Assembly: GCA_965217895.1 (NCBI GenBank)
Contig: CBDCJV010000002.1
Span: 5,142,100-5,206,099, forward strand
Length of the DNA: 64,000 nucleotides
Direction of reading: 5' to 3'
DNA from: Waterburya sp.
GTDB taxonomy: Bacteria > Cyanobacteriota > Cyanobacteriia > Cyanobacteriales > Xenococcaceae
In this document: positions 1-10,120 of the stretch, piece after piece
Numbering within the stretch: position 1 is the stretch's first letter
Layout of the letters: every line of letters begins with the position of its first letter
Notes under the pieces: model-generated
The model's database searches: none
What the model was told of the DNA's origin: nothing
What the model saw: only the letters and a program-made list of their open reading frames with translations
Translations under genes and position numbers: made by a program

Positions 1-63
1 CAAATATTTACATCAAGGAATTATCTCATCAATCAAAAGAAAATCATTACCAGAGATAGCCAA

Positions 64-107
64 CTCGCGCGTTCCCTAGCGTCTTGAAAAGACGCGGGGT
101 CGCTCGT
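64..107 (+). repeat. Small GC-rich hairpin dispersed repeat, copy 1
   Basis: CTCGCGCGTTCCCT-hairpin(GCGTCTT GAA AAGACGC)-GGGGTCGCTCGTC with CAA at 61-63 and 108-110. Confidence 0.85.
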
Positions 108-684
108 CAAAGTAGTAGGAGTATCTTCATCTCAATCATTACATCATTTCGTAGCTAATTCACCTTGGTCAATAACAGAATTAAGAACTAGAAGATTAAC
201 TTTATTAACTTTAACTAAAAATACTTTAAAAGAACGAAAAATCACGTTGGTAATTGACGAAACAGGAGATAGAAAAAAAGGAAAGAAAACCGATTATGTA
301 GCTAGGCAGTATTTGGGAAGCGTAGGCAAAATAGACAACGGTATAGTATCGGTAAATGCTTATGGTGTTTATGAGAATATAACTTTTCCTCTATTGTTTA
401 AAATCTTCAAACCTAAAGGAACATTAAAAGAGTCAGATACTTACAAAACAAAGATTGAGTTAGCATCTTCTATCGTGACTGAGCTAATAGAATTCGGATT
501 TAAAATTGGATTAGTATTAGCCGATAGTTTATATGGCGAAGCTAGTTCATTTATTAGAACATTGGAGAAATATCAACTACCTTGGGTTGTGGCAATTAGA
601 AGCAATCATGGAGTCTGGCTGTCTCAAGAACAAAAGGTCAGAGCTAACAAATGGTGTAAATTTAAGAGAACTTTTAGCAACCAA

Positions 685-734
685 AAAGCGGTGCGACCCC
701 GCGCCGACGTAAGGCGCAAGGGAACGCGCACCAA
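685..734 (-). repeat. Small GC-rich hairpin dispersed repeat, copy 2 (in-frame in transposase)
   Basis: Reverse complement GCGCGTTCCCTTGCGCC..GGCGCGGGGTCGC matches copy 1; adds AVRPRADVRRKGTRTK to the protein. Confidence 0.8.
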
Positions 735-1480
735 GACATCTGAAATAAGGTATATCAGAGAAATAATTGATGGTCGAAGAAATCATAGAACTTATTGGGA
801 AATAACTACCGACCCTGAAACTATGCCAGAGAATTCCACTTCTTTTGTAATGACTAATATTCAGTTAAGTCGGAACAAAATGAAACAAACTTTAGGTAAT
901 CTATACGGAATGAGAACATGGGTAGAATATGGATTTCGGCAATGCAAACAAGAATTAGGATGGACTGATTATCGATTTACTAGTTTTCAGGAAATTAATA
1001 AGTGGTGGGAAATAATTTTTTCAGCTTACTGGATGGTCAGTTCCCATTCCAAAGTCTTCTGTGACTTAAATCAATCTCAGACTTTATCTACTTCCAAAAT
1101 TCCAAGTGAAAAATTCATTCCTAATTTTAATCTTCATCAACAATGGTCAAACGAAGGGGGATGGAAAACGACCTTAAACAATTTACGTCTAATTATTCAA
1201 CCAACAATTGTATTCTGGATGATTATGCCCTGGTTAGATGTTTTTCCCAATCGTTCTTTGCTACTTGGTTTTCATCAACTCATTGCTGTCATGAATCAAT
1301 TTTATTTTTCTTTTCCTGATGGATAGATTTTGTTTTTGCTATTTTTAAATCTCGGAAAGTGACATAAGAGGGCTAAGATGGAGACTTGAAAAAATTTTTA
1401 CTCGATCGCGAAGGTGGCTTGTATCAATCGAACTTTAATATAAGGTGCGATCGCAATGGTCGTTTTGACTATAAAACCTA

Positions 1481-1831
1481 TTATATTGGTTTTCCTAGCA
1501 ACTGCGTTAATTTACTCTTGTCAATCTCATGTCTCATAGCTTCGTTATTGATGACAAATACTTGAAAATAGGTATCTCGATTGGGCAAAATACTTGGTGG
1601 ATAATGCTCAACTAACATCATCTTATTCGGAAATAGATCGTAAAGATTGCTGACAAAATTAATTATTTCTTGAGTGACATTAGCGATTTTCTTGCCAGGA
1701 TTGTCGGTAATATCTGTGGCAATAACTATGGCTTTTTCCCAAGTAACCCAATAAATGCGTATACGACACTTATTAGGTCGATCGTCGCCCTCTGACTCCC
1801 AAAAGAGAACTGTATCTATATTATCGGTCAC
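1481..1831 (-). CDS. Hypothetical protein
   Basis: 116-aa ORF with GTG start and plausible composition; no family recognised. Confidence 0.55.
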   Translation of the reverse strand: MTDNIDTVLFWESEGDDRPNKCRIRIYWVTWEKAIVIATDITDNPGKKIANVTQEIINFVSNLYDLFPNKMMLVEHYPPSILPNRDTYFQVFVINNEAMRHEIDKSKLTQLLGKPI

Positions 1832-2120
1832 GATAACTCAAAATTTTTTAGCTTGTATAGCAGAGATAAACATTTGGTTTAAATAGCCAACTCTTAACTT
1901 TTGCATATTATTTAAAGAATGTCTGACCGTTAGCGGACATAGAAGTAACCCTTGCCAAGAGAATATTTCCAATCTCCTGTTAATCTTTCTTATACTGTTC
2001 TGTACTGTAACAGCAACTATAAATTTAAAATAAGACAAAATTAAGACACTTACATAGCAAAATAATGTTGTAGCATACAAAAAGTATATTATAATTCTAA
2101 AAGTTCCAGTTTAATTAAAA

Positions 2121-2156
2121 TAGACCAAATCATTTTGGACAAAATGATTTGGTCTA
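2121..2156. promoter_or_regulatory. Perfect 17-bp-arm inverted repeat upstream of the Crp/Fnr gene (operator or hairpin)
   Basis: TAGACCAAATCATTTTG-GA-CAAAATGATTTGGTCTA. Confidence 0.5.
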
Positions 2157-2199
2157 GGTTTCCTAGCTAACTCCAATAAAGTTTAGAGATATACACAAA

Positions 2200-2907
2200 T
2201 TGTCCTCACCAAATTTAAGCAAGCCAGTCAATCGGCTATTAGCTGCTCTACCAGCCGAAGACTATCAACGCCTTTCCCCTCATTTAGAGCCAGTAAAGTT
2301 GCTTCAGCATCAAATTCTATTTAATGCTGGAGAAAACTATAAATATGCTTACTTTCCCTCCCACTCAATTGTTTCTACCGTGGTGACTATGGAAAACGGT
2401 TCAACAACAGAGATTGGAGTCATTGGCAATGAAGGCATGGTGGGGTTGCCAATCGTCTTAAATACTAGTTATACAAACTCTACAGCTATAGTTCAGGTGG
2501 GTAACGGTGGCTATCGAATTGCTGCCAAGCGACTACAAGAAGAGTTCAATCGTCAAGGAGCGTTAAATCGTCTGCTGATGCACTACGTTCAAGCTCGCAT
2601 CATCCAGCTTGGTCAAACTGCTGCCTGTAATCGCTATCACCACCTTGAGCAGCGATTTGCTCGTTGGTTGCTCACCCTACGAGACAATCTTCAACAAGAT
2701 GAATTCCAGTTAACTCAAGAATTTATCTCCCAAATGCTGGGAATGCGCCGTACTGGTGTAACCGAGGTAGCTAGCAAATTTAAAAAAGCAGGCATTATTA
2801 ACTATAAACGTGGCACGATACGTATTGTCTCTCAAGAAAAGCTAGAAGCTCATACCTGCGAATGTTACTGGCTAATTGCTGAAGAGTTTTCTCGGTTGCT
2901 CGATTGA
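2200..2907 (+). CDS. Crp/Fnr family transcriptional regulator
   Basis: NRLLAALP..., IGNEGMVG cNMP-fold; ACNRYHHLEQRFARWLL; LTQEFISQMLGMRRTGVTEVA helix-turn-helix. Confidence 0.92.
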   Translation: MSSPNLSKPVNRLLAALPAEDYQRLSPHLEPVKLLQHQILFNAGENYKYAYFPSHSIVSTVVTMENGSTTEIGVIGNEGMVGLPIVLNTSYTNSTAIVQVGNGGYRIAAKRLQEEFNRQGALNRLLMHYVQARIIQLGQTAACNRYHHLEQRFARWLLTLRDNLQQDEFQLTQEFISQMLGMRRTGVTEVASKFKKAGIINYKRGTIRIVSQEKLEAHTCECYWLIAEEFSRLLD

Positions 2908-3012
2908 TCTTGAAAGCTAAAAGCTAAGAGCTAGTAATGTTCTGTACATCATTACTTAAATCAGCAACGCCGAAAGAGTTATACTACTGAGTTGTTGTTT
3001 TGTTGCTGAAAA

Positions 3013-5160
3013 ATGTCTATGGTTGACTTGTTGCGATATTGCGCTGGAATAACTTTATGGGCGTGTTTTCTACAAACATCTTCTTTAGCTTCGCAATTGT
3101 CTGAAGTTAAGACAAAAGCGAGTTTTCTGCCTAGCAAATTAAATTTATTAACCACGCAGCCAGATTCAGACATTACAACAAATTCTCCTCGTTATTTAAT
3201 TACTCAAGAACGTCAAGGTGAGCAAAGAAAATTTCAAATACCGACTAATCAGGAGTTTCAACCATCAATTCCCATTGAAGAAATTAAAGTAATCGAGGTA
3301 ATTGCCGATCGCCAAGAATATGACGAACAAAGAAAAGTAATTACGGCGAAAGGTAATGTAGTCATGCGTTTTGCTCAATCTGTCATGACTAGCGATCGCT
3401 TGGAAATAAATTTAAGCGATCGTCTTGCAGTTGCCAAGGGTAATGTCGTCCTTAAACGAGGTCAACAGGTATTGCGGGGAGCAAAGTTTGAATATTATCT
3501 AGTTAGCGATCGCGGTATGATTTTTAATGCCAGAGGCGAAATCTATCAGCCTAGTTTAAATCAAGATACCAACGTTAACCAAAGATTAGCACCAGAACAA
3601 ACAATCTTCGATCGGGCTTTGAGCGATCGCCTGATTAACGCCCAACCCTTAACAGGTGTAACTGCTGGTGAGGGTATTGGGGCTACTATAGGCAGCAGCA
3701 GAGATACAAATTTAGGAACTAGCAATAATTCTATAGGCGGGACAATTAATCGTCTGCGCTTTCAGGCTAATCGCTTAGACTTTGCTGGAACTAACTGGAA
3801 AGCAAGCAATCTGCGTCTGACTAACGATCCTTTTTCTCCGCCTGAACTAGAATTACGCGCCAAAACCGCTACTTTTGAGCAAGCTGCTCCTTTGGTAAAT
3901 AAACTGACTACCAAAAAGTCTCGTGTAGTAATTGACGATAGTTTAGCCTTACCACTTTTAGCTAGTACGTATGTCTTTGATGGTCGCCGTGGTCGAGGTG
4001 GTGGATTGTTTAGTCTGGGTTTTGACGGGCAAGACCGAGGCGGTTTATATATTGAGAGAACTTGGCGCATTCTTGACGGGACAAAATATAGCTGGAATAT
4101 TACTCCACAATACTTTTTAGAGCGAGCTTTATTTCCTACTACCTTTAGCTTTAGCAATGCTGAGGATGGAGGCTTTGATTTAGCAACGTTGGGCTTAAGA
4201 AGCGATTTTCAGGCAAATTTGACCCCCCGCAGCAATTTTGAAGCTAATTTTTCCTTAAGCAGCTTTAATTTTAATAATCTAGAAGATAATTTACGAGCCA
4301 AGGTTGGCATACAGCAAACCCTAGGTAATGTAGCTAATCCTTATACATTCGATCTGGCATACAACTATCGCGATCGCCTGTTTAATGGTTCTTTGGGCTT
4401 TCAAACAGTTAGAAGTAGTATTGGTGGGGTGCTGACTTCGCCAAATATTGCGATCGCTAATACTGGCGTTAATCTAAGATATCAGGCTTCAATTCAAAAC
4501 ATCAATGCCGATACCGATAGGCAAGACCTCTTTAACGTAGATAGAAACAATAACCGCATCAACCTTACTCGTTATCAGGGAGCGGTGTTTCTCAATAAAA
4601 GCTTTCCTATCTGGTCGGGAACAGCATTGCCAAGTAATCAATACCAAGGATTGCGCTATACTCCCGTGCCTGTAGTTCCCTATTTAGAAATATATACGGG
4701 AATTTCAGGAGTAGGTAGCTTTTATAGTAATAGTGATACTCAGCTATCTTTAGAAGGAACTATCGGTATTCAAGGGCAAATAGGTCACTTTTCTCGTTCT
4801 TGGCTCGACTATACAGGATTTAAGCTTGGTTACTCGCAAAATCTTCGTGGAGATGAATCGCCTTTTCTCTTTGATCGTTTAGTGGATCGTCAAGTTCTCG
4901 ATCTGGGATTGACTCAACAAATTTATGGACCAATTCGTTTGGGGGTTCAGACATCTATTGATTTAAATAATAATCAGGAAATCAGTACAGATTACCTTGT
5001 AGAATACAGTCGTCGAACTCACAATATTACTCTACGCTACAATCCCGTGTTACAAGTTGGTTCTTTTAGCCTCCGCATCAGCGACTTTAACTGGCAGGGA
5101 AATCCTCAACCTTTTGATAATGAAGGAATTAGCCCAGTTATTCAGGGAGTTAAACAATAA
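3013..5160 (+). CDS. LptD/OstA-like outer-membrane LPS assembly protein (DUF3769 type)
   Basis: OstA-like IEVIADRQEYD..AKGNVVMRF; TNDPFSPPELELRA; C-terminal YSRRT..LRYNPV..GSFSLRISDFNW. Confidence 0.8.
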   Translation: MSMVDLLRYCAGITLWACFLQTSSLASQLSEVKTKASFLPSKLNLLTTQPDSDITTNSPRYLITQERQGEQRKFQIPTNQEFQPSIPIEEIKVIEVIADRQEYDEQRKVITAKGNVVMRFAQSVMTSDRLEINLSDRLAVAKGNVVLKRGQQVLRGAKFEYYLVSDRGMIFNARGEIYQPSLNQDTNVNQRLAPEQTIFDRALSDRLINAQPLTGVTAGEGIGATIGSSRDTNLGTSNNSIGGTINRLRFQANRLDFAGTNWKASNLRLTNDPFSPPELELRAKTATFEQAAPLVNKLTTKKSRVVIDDSLALPLLASTYVFDGRRGRGGGLFSLGFDGQDRGGLYIERTWRILDGTKYSWNITPQYFLERALFPTTFSFSNAEDGGFDLATLGLRSDFQANLTPRSNFEANFSLSSFNFNNLEDNLRAKVGIQQTLGNVANPYTFDLAYNYRDRLFNGSLGFQTVRSSIGGVLTSPNIAIANTGVNLRYQASIQNINADTDRQDLFNVDRNNNRINLTRYQGAVFLNKSFPIWSGTALPSNQYQGLRYTPVPVVPYLEIYTGISGVGSFYSNSDTQLSLEGTIGIQGQIGHFSRSWLDYTGFKLGYSQNLRGDESPFLFDRLVDRQVLDLGLTQQIYGPIRLGVQTSIDLNNNQEISTDYLVEYSRRTHNITLRYNPVLQVGSFSLRISDFNWQGNPQPFDNEGISPVIQGVKQ

Positions 5161-5167
5161 CTAATAA

Positions 5168-5384
5168 CTTAAGTAGCAAGTAGCAGATAGCAGATAGCAA
5201 TGCTTTAAAGTAGTAATTAGCAGATAGCAGATAGCAATGCTTTAAAGTAGTAATTAGCAGATAGCAGATAGCAATGCTTTAAAGTAGCAAGTAGCAGATA
5301 GCAGATAGCAGATAGCAATGCTTTAAAGTAGTAATTAGCAATTAGCAGATAGCAATTAAGAAAGTTCAAAATTTGCTACTTAAG
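5168..5384 (+). repeat. Tandem array of ~37-bp units built from TAGCAGA/TAGCAAG heptamers, closed by a 12-bp inverted repeat
   Basis: Units at 5171, 5208, 5245 (37 bp), 5282 (44 bp) and 5326 (partial); CTTAAGTAGCAA (5168) / TTGCTACTTAAG (5373-5384). Confidence 0.92.
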
Positions 5385-5430
5385 TAAAGCTTGTCAATGA
5401 TAAAATTAAGTTACACAACTTAATTTTATC

Positions 5431-5650
5431 ATGAATAATCATAACATTTCGATACAAGATAGAACTAGAAATTTTGCGAATAGAGTAATAAAAGTCTATG
5501 TAGAATTAAACAAGAGAAAATACGATGATGCTGGTAAAGTTTTGTCTAAACAATTTCTTAGAAGTGGCACTAGCATTGGTGCAAACTGCTGTGAGGCTGA
5601 GTTCGCACAATCGAGAGCAGATTTTAGATCTAAACTAACTATTGCCTTAA
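5431..5650 (+). pseudogene. Four-helix-bundle protein (23S rRNA IVS / Avd-like family), 5' part, interrupted by integrated element
   Basis: RTRNFANRVI..LSKQFLRSGTSIGANCCEA..AQSRADFRSKLTIAL; family similarity stops at TTAAA 5647-5651. Confidence 0.9.
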
Positions 5651-5775
5651 ATTATATAACCCTCAATATTAATAATAAACAACAACAACAATGGTTGTAT
5701 TTTTTTCTGTTGAGTAAAGTTACAATTACCCAAATTCTATATTCTTTTACGAGTATTATGGTGTATAGTTAATAC

Positions 5776-6870
5776 ATGATGCTCACACTACAGAAAGGAA
5801 CTGACCCACACACAAATAAAACCATCTGGATAATGCTGGATGAAGACTATCAGGTAATCGAACCGATACAGCGTTATTTGACTTCTTTATGCGCTACCAA
5901 GTCGCCTAATACTGTACAAGCCTATGGAACAGATTTAAAGCGATGGTGGGAATTTCTCGACCATAAGTGCTTGGATTGGCGTAATGTAAATATTCATCAG
6001 GATTTAGAGGACTTTGCTTATTGGTTGAGAGTAGGAGATACAAAGGTGATTTCTCTACAGCCAGTAGAAGCCGATAGATCGGAGAAGACTATTAATAGAG
6101 CGATTACTGCTGTGTCAACTTTCTACGACTATCACCTGTGCAACCAAACAGTTGATTTTAGCGAGTTTGAGAGGTTTCATGCGATCTATAAAACGGGGAA
6201 CACCAGAGTCGGTACGACAGGTATATTGACTGGTATTGCCAAAGCAAAACCAACCAGGGAAAAGTTAGTCAAACTCAAAGAAACTAAGAAATTCCCAGGC
6301 TGTCTGACCGATGAGCAAATAGAAACATTAGTTGATGCCTGTAGCAATCTTAGGGACAAGCTAATGATTCTGATGTTTAACGGAACTGGCATACGTAAAG
6401 GTGCGCTTTGTGGCTTAAAACACGAAGACGTTGGGGATTTTGGAGATTACTTTATTCGAGTAGTCAGAAGAGAAGACAACCCTAATGGAGCATTAGTTAA
6501 GACAAAAGAGAGGACAATTCCAGTAACTAAGGAGCTGCTCCAACTATATGACGAGTACTTAATGAATGAGTATCCAGGCGTGGATTCAGAATATGTGTTT
6601 GTCAATATCTGGGAAGGGGATATCGGTGCGCCAATAATGCTGACATTGCCTAACAAAATACTTACAGGCTTGGAAGAAAAAACAGGTATTAGAGTTTATC
6701 CACATTTATTTAGACATACTTATGCCACTCGTCTTTTGAAAGCGGGATATTCACCAGAGAGAGTCAAATATTTGTTGGGTCACGCTAGTATTGCTACCAC
6801 TTTGGATGTCTATTCTCATGTCATCAACGAAACAAATCTATGGGAAGTAATCGAGAGAGAAGAAAAATGA
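5776..6870 (+). CDS. Tyrosine recombinase/integrase (TnpA-like)
   Basis: SPNTVQAYG SAM-like N-terminus; catalytic GIRKG, HLFRH, LGH...DVY. Confidence 0.93.
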   Translation: MMLTLQKGTDPHTNKTIWIMLDEDYQVIEPIQRYLTSLCATKSPNTVQAYGTDLKRWWEFLDHKCLDWRNVNIHQDLEDFAYWLRVGDTKVISLQPVEADRSEKTINRAITAVSTFYDYHLCNQTVDFSEFERFHAIYKTGNTRVGTTGILTGIAKAKPTREKLVKLKETKKFPGCLTDEQIETLVDACSNLRDKLMILMFNGTGIRKGALCGLKHEDVGDFGDYFIRVVRREDNPNGALVKTKERTIPVTKELLQLYDEYLMNEYPGVDSEYVFVNIWEGDIGAPIMLTLPNKILTGLEEKTGIRVYPHLFRHTYATRLLKAGYSPERVKYLLGHASIATTLDVYSHVINETNLWEVIEREEK

Positions 6871-8345
6871 GCTTAAATCAATTTGATTGGCTAGACGATT
6901 ATCAAGATCTATTTGAAGAAAAGCTACCGTCGCAATTATTATTAAATCCTCTGCTACAAAAAAATATATGGCATACAGTTAATGATTTAAACTTGAAGAT
7001 TAGTCCGCATCAAAAAGTATGGACTCTTAACTTTCAGAGTATTTCTCAAGATTGGTTTAGACTTCTTGTCAAGCTATACATATTAGTCAAAGCCAAACCA
7101 AATCAGCCTGGTAATACCATCAAAGGGTTTGTTATTTATTTGAGAGGATTCTCTAAGTTTTTAGACAAAAGAAATATTTACAGTCCCAAACATATAGATA
7201 ATCAAGTATTTGAAGAATTTGACTATTATCTAAAAGCTAAAGGGCTAAAAGATAGCTCTCTGGGACATTATCGAAGTACAATCTGCAATTTTTTCGATAC
7301 CTGCCGTACTGAAGGATGGATTGATGTTAATACTTATTGGTTTAGAGGCAAGCGCAACAGAGTTCATGTTAACAACGATGAAGTTGACTACATTCCCGAA
7401 GAAGTTTGGCATCAACTAGAAGAAAATCTACATTACTTGCCAGAACCAGTACAGAGGATGATCCTGGTAATAAAAACAACAGGTATTCGAGGTGGCGAAC
7501 TTTTAAATTTACCATTGGACTGTCTGAGGAAAAGAGGTAAGCAATGGAGGCTTCGTCTTACAACAGAGAAATACGACATTAAAGATGAAATACCAATAAC
7601 TGTTCCAGAATTAGTTGCAGTAATTAAAGAACAACAAAAATACATAAAACAAATTTTCGGTGATAAATTTGATAATTTATTTTGTAGCAATCATCCTGGT
7701 CATCATCGCAAAGATGGAACTCTTTCTTTTTCTCCTAACTCTAGTGTGATGAGTACAGGTACTTTTAACTTATGGCTGAATAGATTAGCCGAAAAAATTA
7801 ACATCCTTACTTCAGAAGGTGAAATCTACGAGTTTAAATCTCATCAATTTAGAAGGACAGTGGGTACTGTTATGACCAATGCAGGTGTCAGAGATTTAAT
7901 TGCTCAAAAATATCTCAGACATCGTAGTCCAGATATGTTGCCCCATTATCAACATCTTCTTAAGCAAACATTAGGAGATGAATTTGAGGAGTTGATTAAG
8001 GATAAAAAATATCATGATATATCGGGAAAAGTAGTCGAAATAATTAAAGGTAAAAATCCGATTACTGAATTTATTCGTCGCAAAATGTATCCTTTTACAA
8101 CCCAATACGGGGAATGCCATCGACCAATTTTAAAATCACCCTGTCAAACAGTTAATGCTTGCTGGAGATGCGAATATTGGCGAATAACCGATGGTGATTT
8201 GAATTATCTCAAAGAAGATTTTGCGAGAGTCGAGGAAGAATTAAAGGTAGCCAAAACACTTTCTATGACTAGGCAACAACAAGGATTAGAAGATGACAGG
8301 AATAACTTAAGTGCGATTATTCAAGGTGTAGAAGAAAACAGATGA
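6867..8345 (+). CDS. Tyrosine recombinase (TnpB of Tn554-like) with C-terminal Cys cluster
   Basis: TGIRGGEL, HQFRR, LRH.SPDM..HY; ECHR..PC...NACWRC; ATGA overlap with the upstream gene. Confidence 0.9.
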   Translation: MSLNQFDWLDDYQDLFEEKLPSQLLLNPLLQKNIWHTVNDLNLKISPHQKVWTLNFQSISQDWFRLLVKLYILVKAKPNQPGNTIKGFVIYLRGFSKFLDKRNIYSPKHIDNQVFEEFDYYLKAKGLKDSSLGHYRSTICNFFDTCRTEGWIDVNTYWFRGKRNRVHVNNDEVDYIPEEVWHQLEENLHYLPEPVQRMILVIKTTGIRGGELLNLPLDCLRKRGKQWRLRLTTEKYDIKDEIPITVPELVAVIKEQQKYIKQIFGDKFDNLFCSNHPGHHRKDGTLSFSPNSSVMSTGTFNLWLNRLAEKINILTSEGEIYEFKSHQFRRTVGTVMTNAGVRDLIAQKYLRHRSPDMLPHYQHLLKQTLGDEFEELIKDKKYHDISGKVVEIIKGKNPITEFIRRKMYPFTTQYGECHRPILKSPCQTVNACWRCEYWRITDGDLNYLKEDFARVEEELKVAKTLSMTRQQQGLEDDRNNLSAIIQGVEENR

Positions 8346-10120
8346 TGGAAATAAATTGGTCTAGAGATTATCAGCATGAATTTATTTGTCCTCATTGCGA
8401 TATTCAAGGTTTACGTTTAGCTGGCAAAGACAATTATACAAATAGGAAACTATTTAGATGCTCCAAATGTAGAAAAAGAATTTCTCAGTGTGTAAATATA
8501 AAATTTCCTAATAGTAATACTGGTATTAATTGGAACAAAGATTATAAAATAGGAGAGTTTGCTTGCCCCAATAAAGAATGTAATTCAAGGGATATCAGGC
8601 TTGCTAGCCAATCTAAAAAAAAGCAGCGTTTTACGTGTAATATTTGTGGAACTAAAACTAGAGAATCAATAGATCTTACGGAAAGCAATTTAGGTCAATA
8701 TGCTCATAAAAGACCAGTTAAGCCATTTTCTTTTCAAGACGATAAATGGGATATTAGGGCAATTAAATCACCAGCAAATAAACAAGAGAAGATTCTAATT
8801 GCTAACTTTCATACTGTAAAAACAAACTGGTTTAGAAATTTAACCAAGCACTACACATACCACCTCTGTAAGCTCAATAAACCTATAGGTGCAATTGAGT
8901 ATCATTTGATTAATCTTCGTATTTTTTCTCGGTATTTAGTAGAGAAAAATATAACTAATATAAATTTAATTAGCCGAAGTTTAATTCTTGATTTTCTCGC
9001 TTGGGATAATACGGGTGTAGACGCTACCAGAAAAAGACTCTCGACACTTAGAGATTTCTTCTGGACTGGTAATGTGCAGAATTGGTTTGTACTTGACCCA
9101 GATCTTGTAAGAGATAATGATTATCCTAAAGCGAAGGTAAGCAATCCTGACCCAATACCAGATAGCGTTCGAGAACAGATTGAAAGCAATTTACATAAGC
9201 TACCAGAGCCTATTGCTAGAATGTGGATTATTGCTTTTTTCACAGCAATGCGACCTGGAGAACTAGCTTTATTAAAGAAAGGCTGTTTGGTACAAGAGGG
9301 TAGCCACTGGAGCATTACTTGGCAACGTGGAAAAAACCGAGATTTTCACACAGTTCCAATTACAAGAATCATTGCCAAAGTAGTTCAAGAACAGCAGGAT
9401 TACATAGAGCAATTATGGGGAACTGAATGGGATTACTTGTTTTGTCATTATCAGCGACCTTCAAGCACAAGGCAATATAGCAATATAGATCCTGTTCAAA
9501 AAGTAATACCGAAAAATAATAGCCTGTTTTATGGAGCGATTGAATATCTAATCGAAACAGAAGATATTCGGGATGATAATGGTAAGTTAGCGACATTTAG
9601 TCCACATTTAATTAGGCATACACGCCTAACTCAATTATTTGAGCAAGGACACGACTTGTCAGTAGTTAGTGCATGGGCTGGACACAAAAGATTGGCAACA
9701 ACGAGTAATTTTTACACTCAAGTTAGTTGTGAACTAATTGAAAAAGAAGCAGGTCATATTCAAAAAGCTCTGTTTAATGCAGATGGTCAATACCATCAAT
9801 ATGAATCATTACCTAAATCCTTCTGGAAAGATCCTCAAGCTCATAAATTAGATCTTCCTGGCGACCATATTAACACACCTATTTATGGCTACTGTGGGCT
9901 ACCGTTAAATGAGCGTTGCAACAAGTTTAGAGCTTGTTATACTTGTCACTCTTTTGTTGCCTTCCCTGAGAAACTTGGACAATACATCAAACTCCGTGAT
10001 GAATTGAGAGCCAAAGAGTCACGAGCTTTAGCGAATGGTCAAGGTGTATTAGTAGAACAATTTAGTAGACAAGCCGACCAACTAGACAAAATAATTGCAT
10101 CGTTACAGGAGGCAGCATGA
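8342..10120 (+). CDS. Tyrosine recombinase with N-terminal zinc-ribbon repeats
   Basis: CPHC/CSKC/CPNKEC/CNIC; AMRPGEL, HLIRH, AGH..LATTSNFY; C-terminal YCGLP..CNKFRACYTC; ATGA overlap. Confidence 0.9.
   Translation: MMEINWSRDYQHEFICPHCDIQGLRLAGKDNYTNRKLFRCSKCRKRISQCVNIKFPNSNTGINWNKDYKIGEFACPNKECNSRDIRLASQSKKKQRFTCNICGTKTRESIDLTESNLGQYAHKRPVKPFSFQDDKWDIRAIKSPANKQEKILIANFHTVKTNWFRNLTKHYTYHLCKLNKPIGAIEYHLINLRIFSRYLVEKNITNINLISRSLILDFLAWDNTGVDATRKRLSTLRDFFWTGNVQNWFVLDPDLVRDNDYPKAKVSNPDPIPDSVREQIESNLHKLPEPIARMWIIAFFTAMRPGELALLKKGCLVQEGSHWSITWQRGKNRDFHTVPITRIIAKVVQEQQDYIEQLWGTEWDYLFCHYQRPSSTRQYSNIDPVQKVIPKNNSLFYGAIEYLIETEDIRDDNGKLATFSPHLIRHTRLTQLFEQGHDLSVVSAWAGHKRLATTSNFYTQVSCELIEKEAGHIQKALFNADGQYHQYESLPKSFWKDPQAHKLDLPGDHINTPIYGYCGLPLNERCNKFRACYTCHSFVAFPEKLGQYIKLRDELRAKESRALANGQGVLVEQFSRQADQLDKIIASLQEAA

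Larger units (their letters stand above)
2..1326 (+). pseudogene. IS701-family DDE transposase, 5' end outside window; frameshifted by a 47-bp insert (64-110) and carrying a second in-frame insert (~685-734)
   Basis: Frame 2 reads KYLHQGIISSIKRKSLPEIA, then after the insert KVVG...VIDETGDRKKGKKTDYVARQYLGSVGKIDNG, LADSLYG and WVEYGFRQCKQELGW, typical of cyanobacterial IS701 transposases. Confidence 0.9.
1..1372 (+). mobile_element. IS701-family insertion sequence (left end not in window; right end approximate)
   Basis: Transposase as above; putative right end AAGTGACATAAGAGGG at ~1357-1372. Confidence 0.65.

Noticed and set aside
5171..5360. 37-bp periodic array as a CRISPR array
   Set aside because: Units are contiguous with no unique spacers, are built from heptamers, and no cas genes are present.
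5651..5772. C-terminal extension of ORF 5431-5772 (and N-terminus of ORF 14482-14667)
   Set aside because: These are read-through into the element ends, not real protein sequence.
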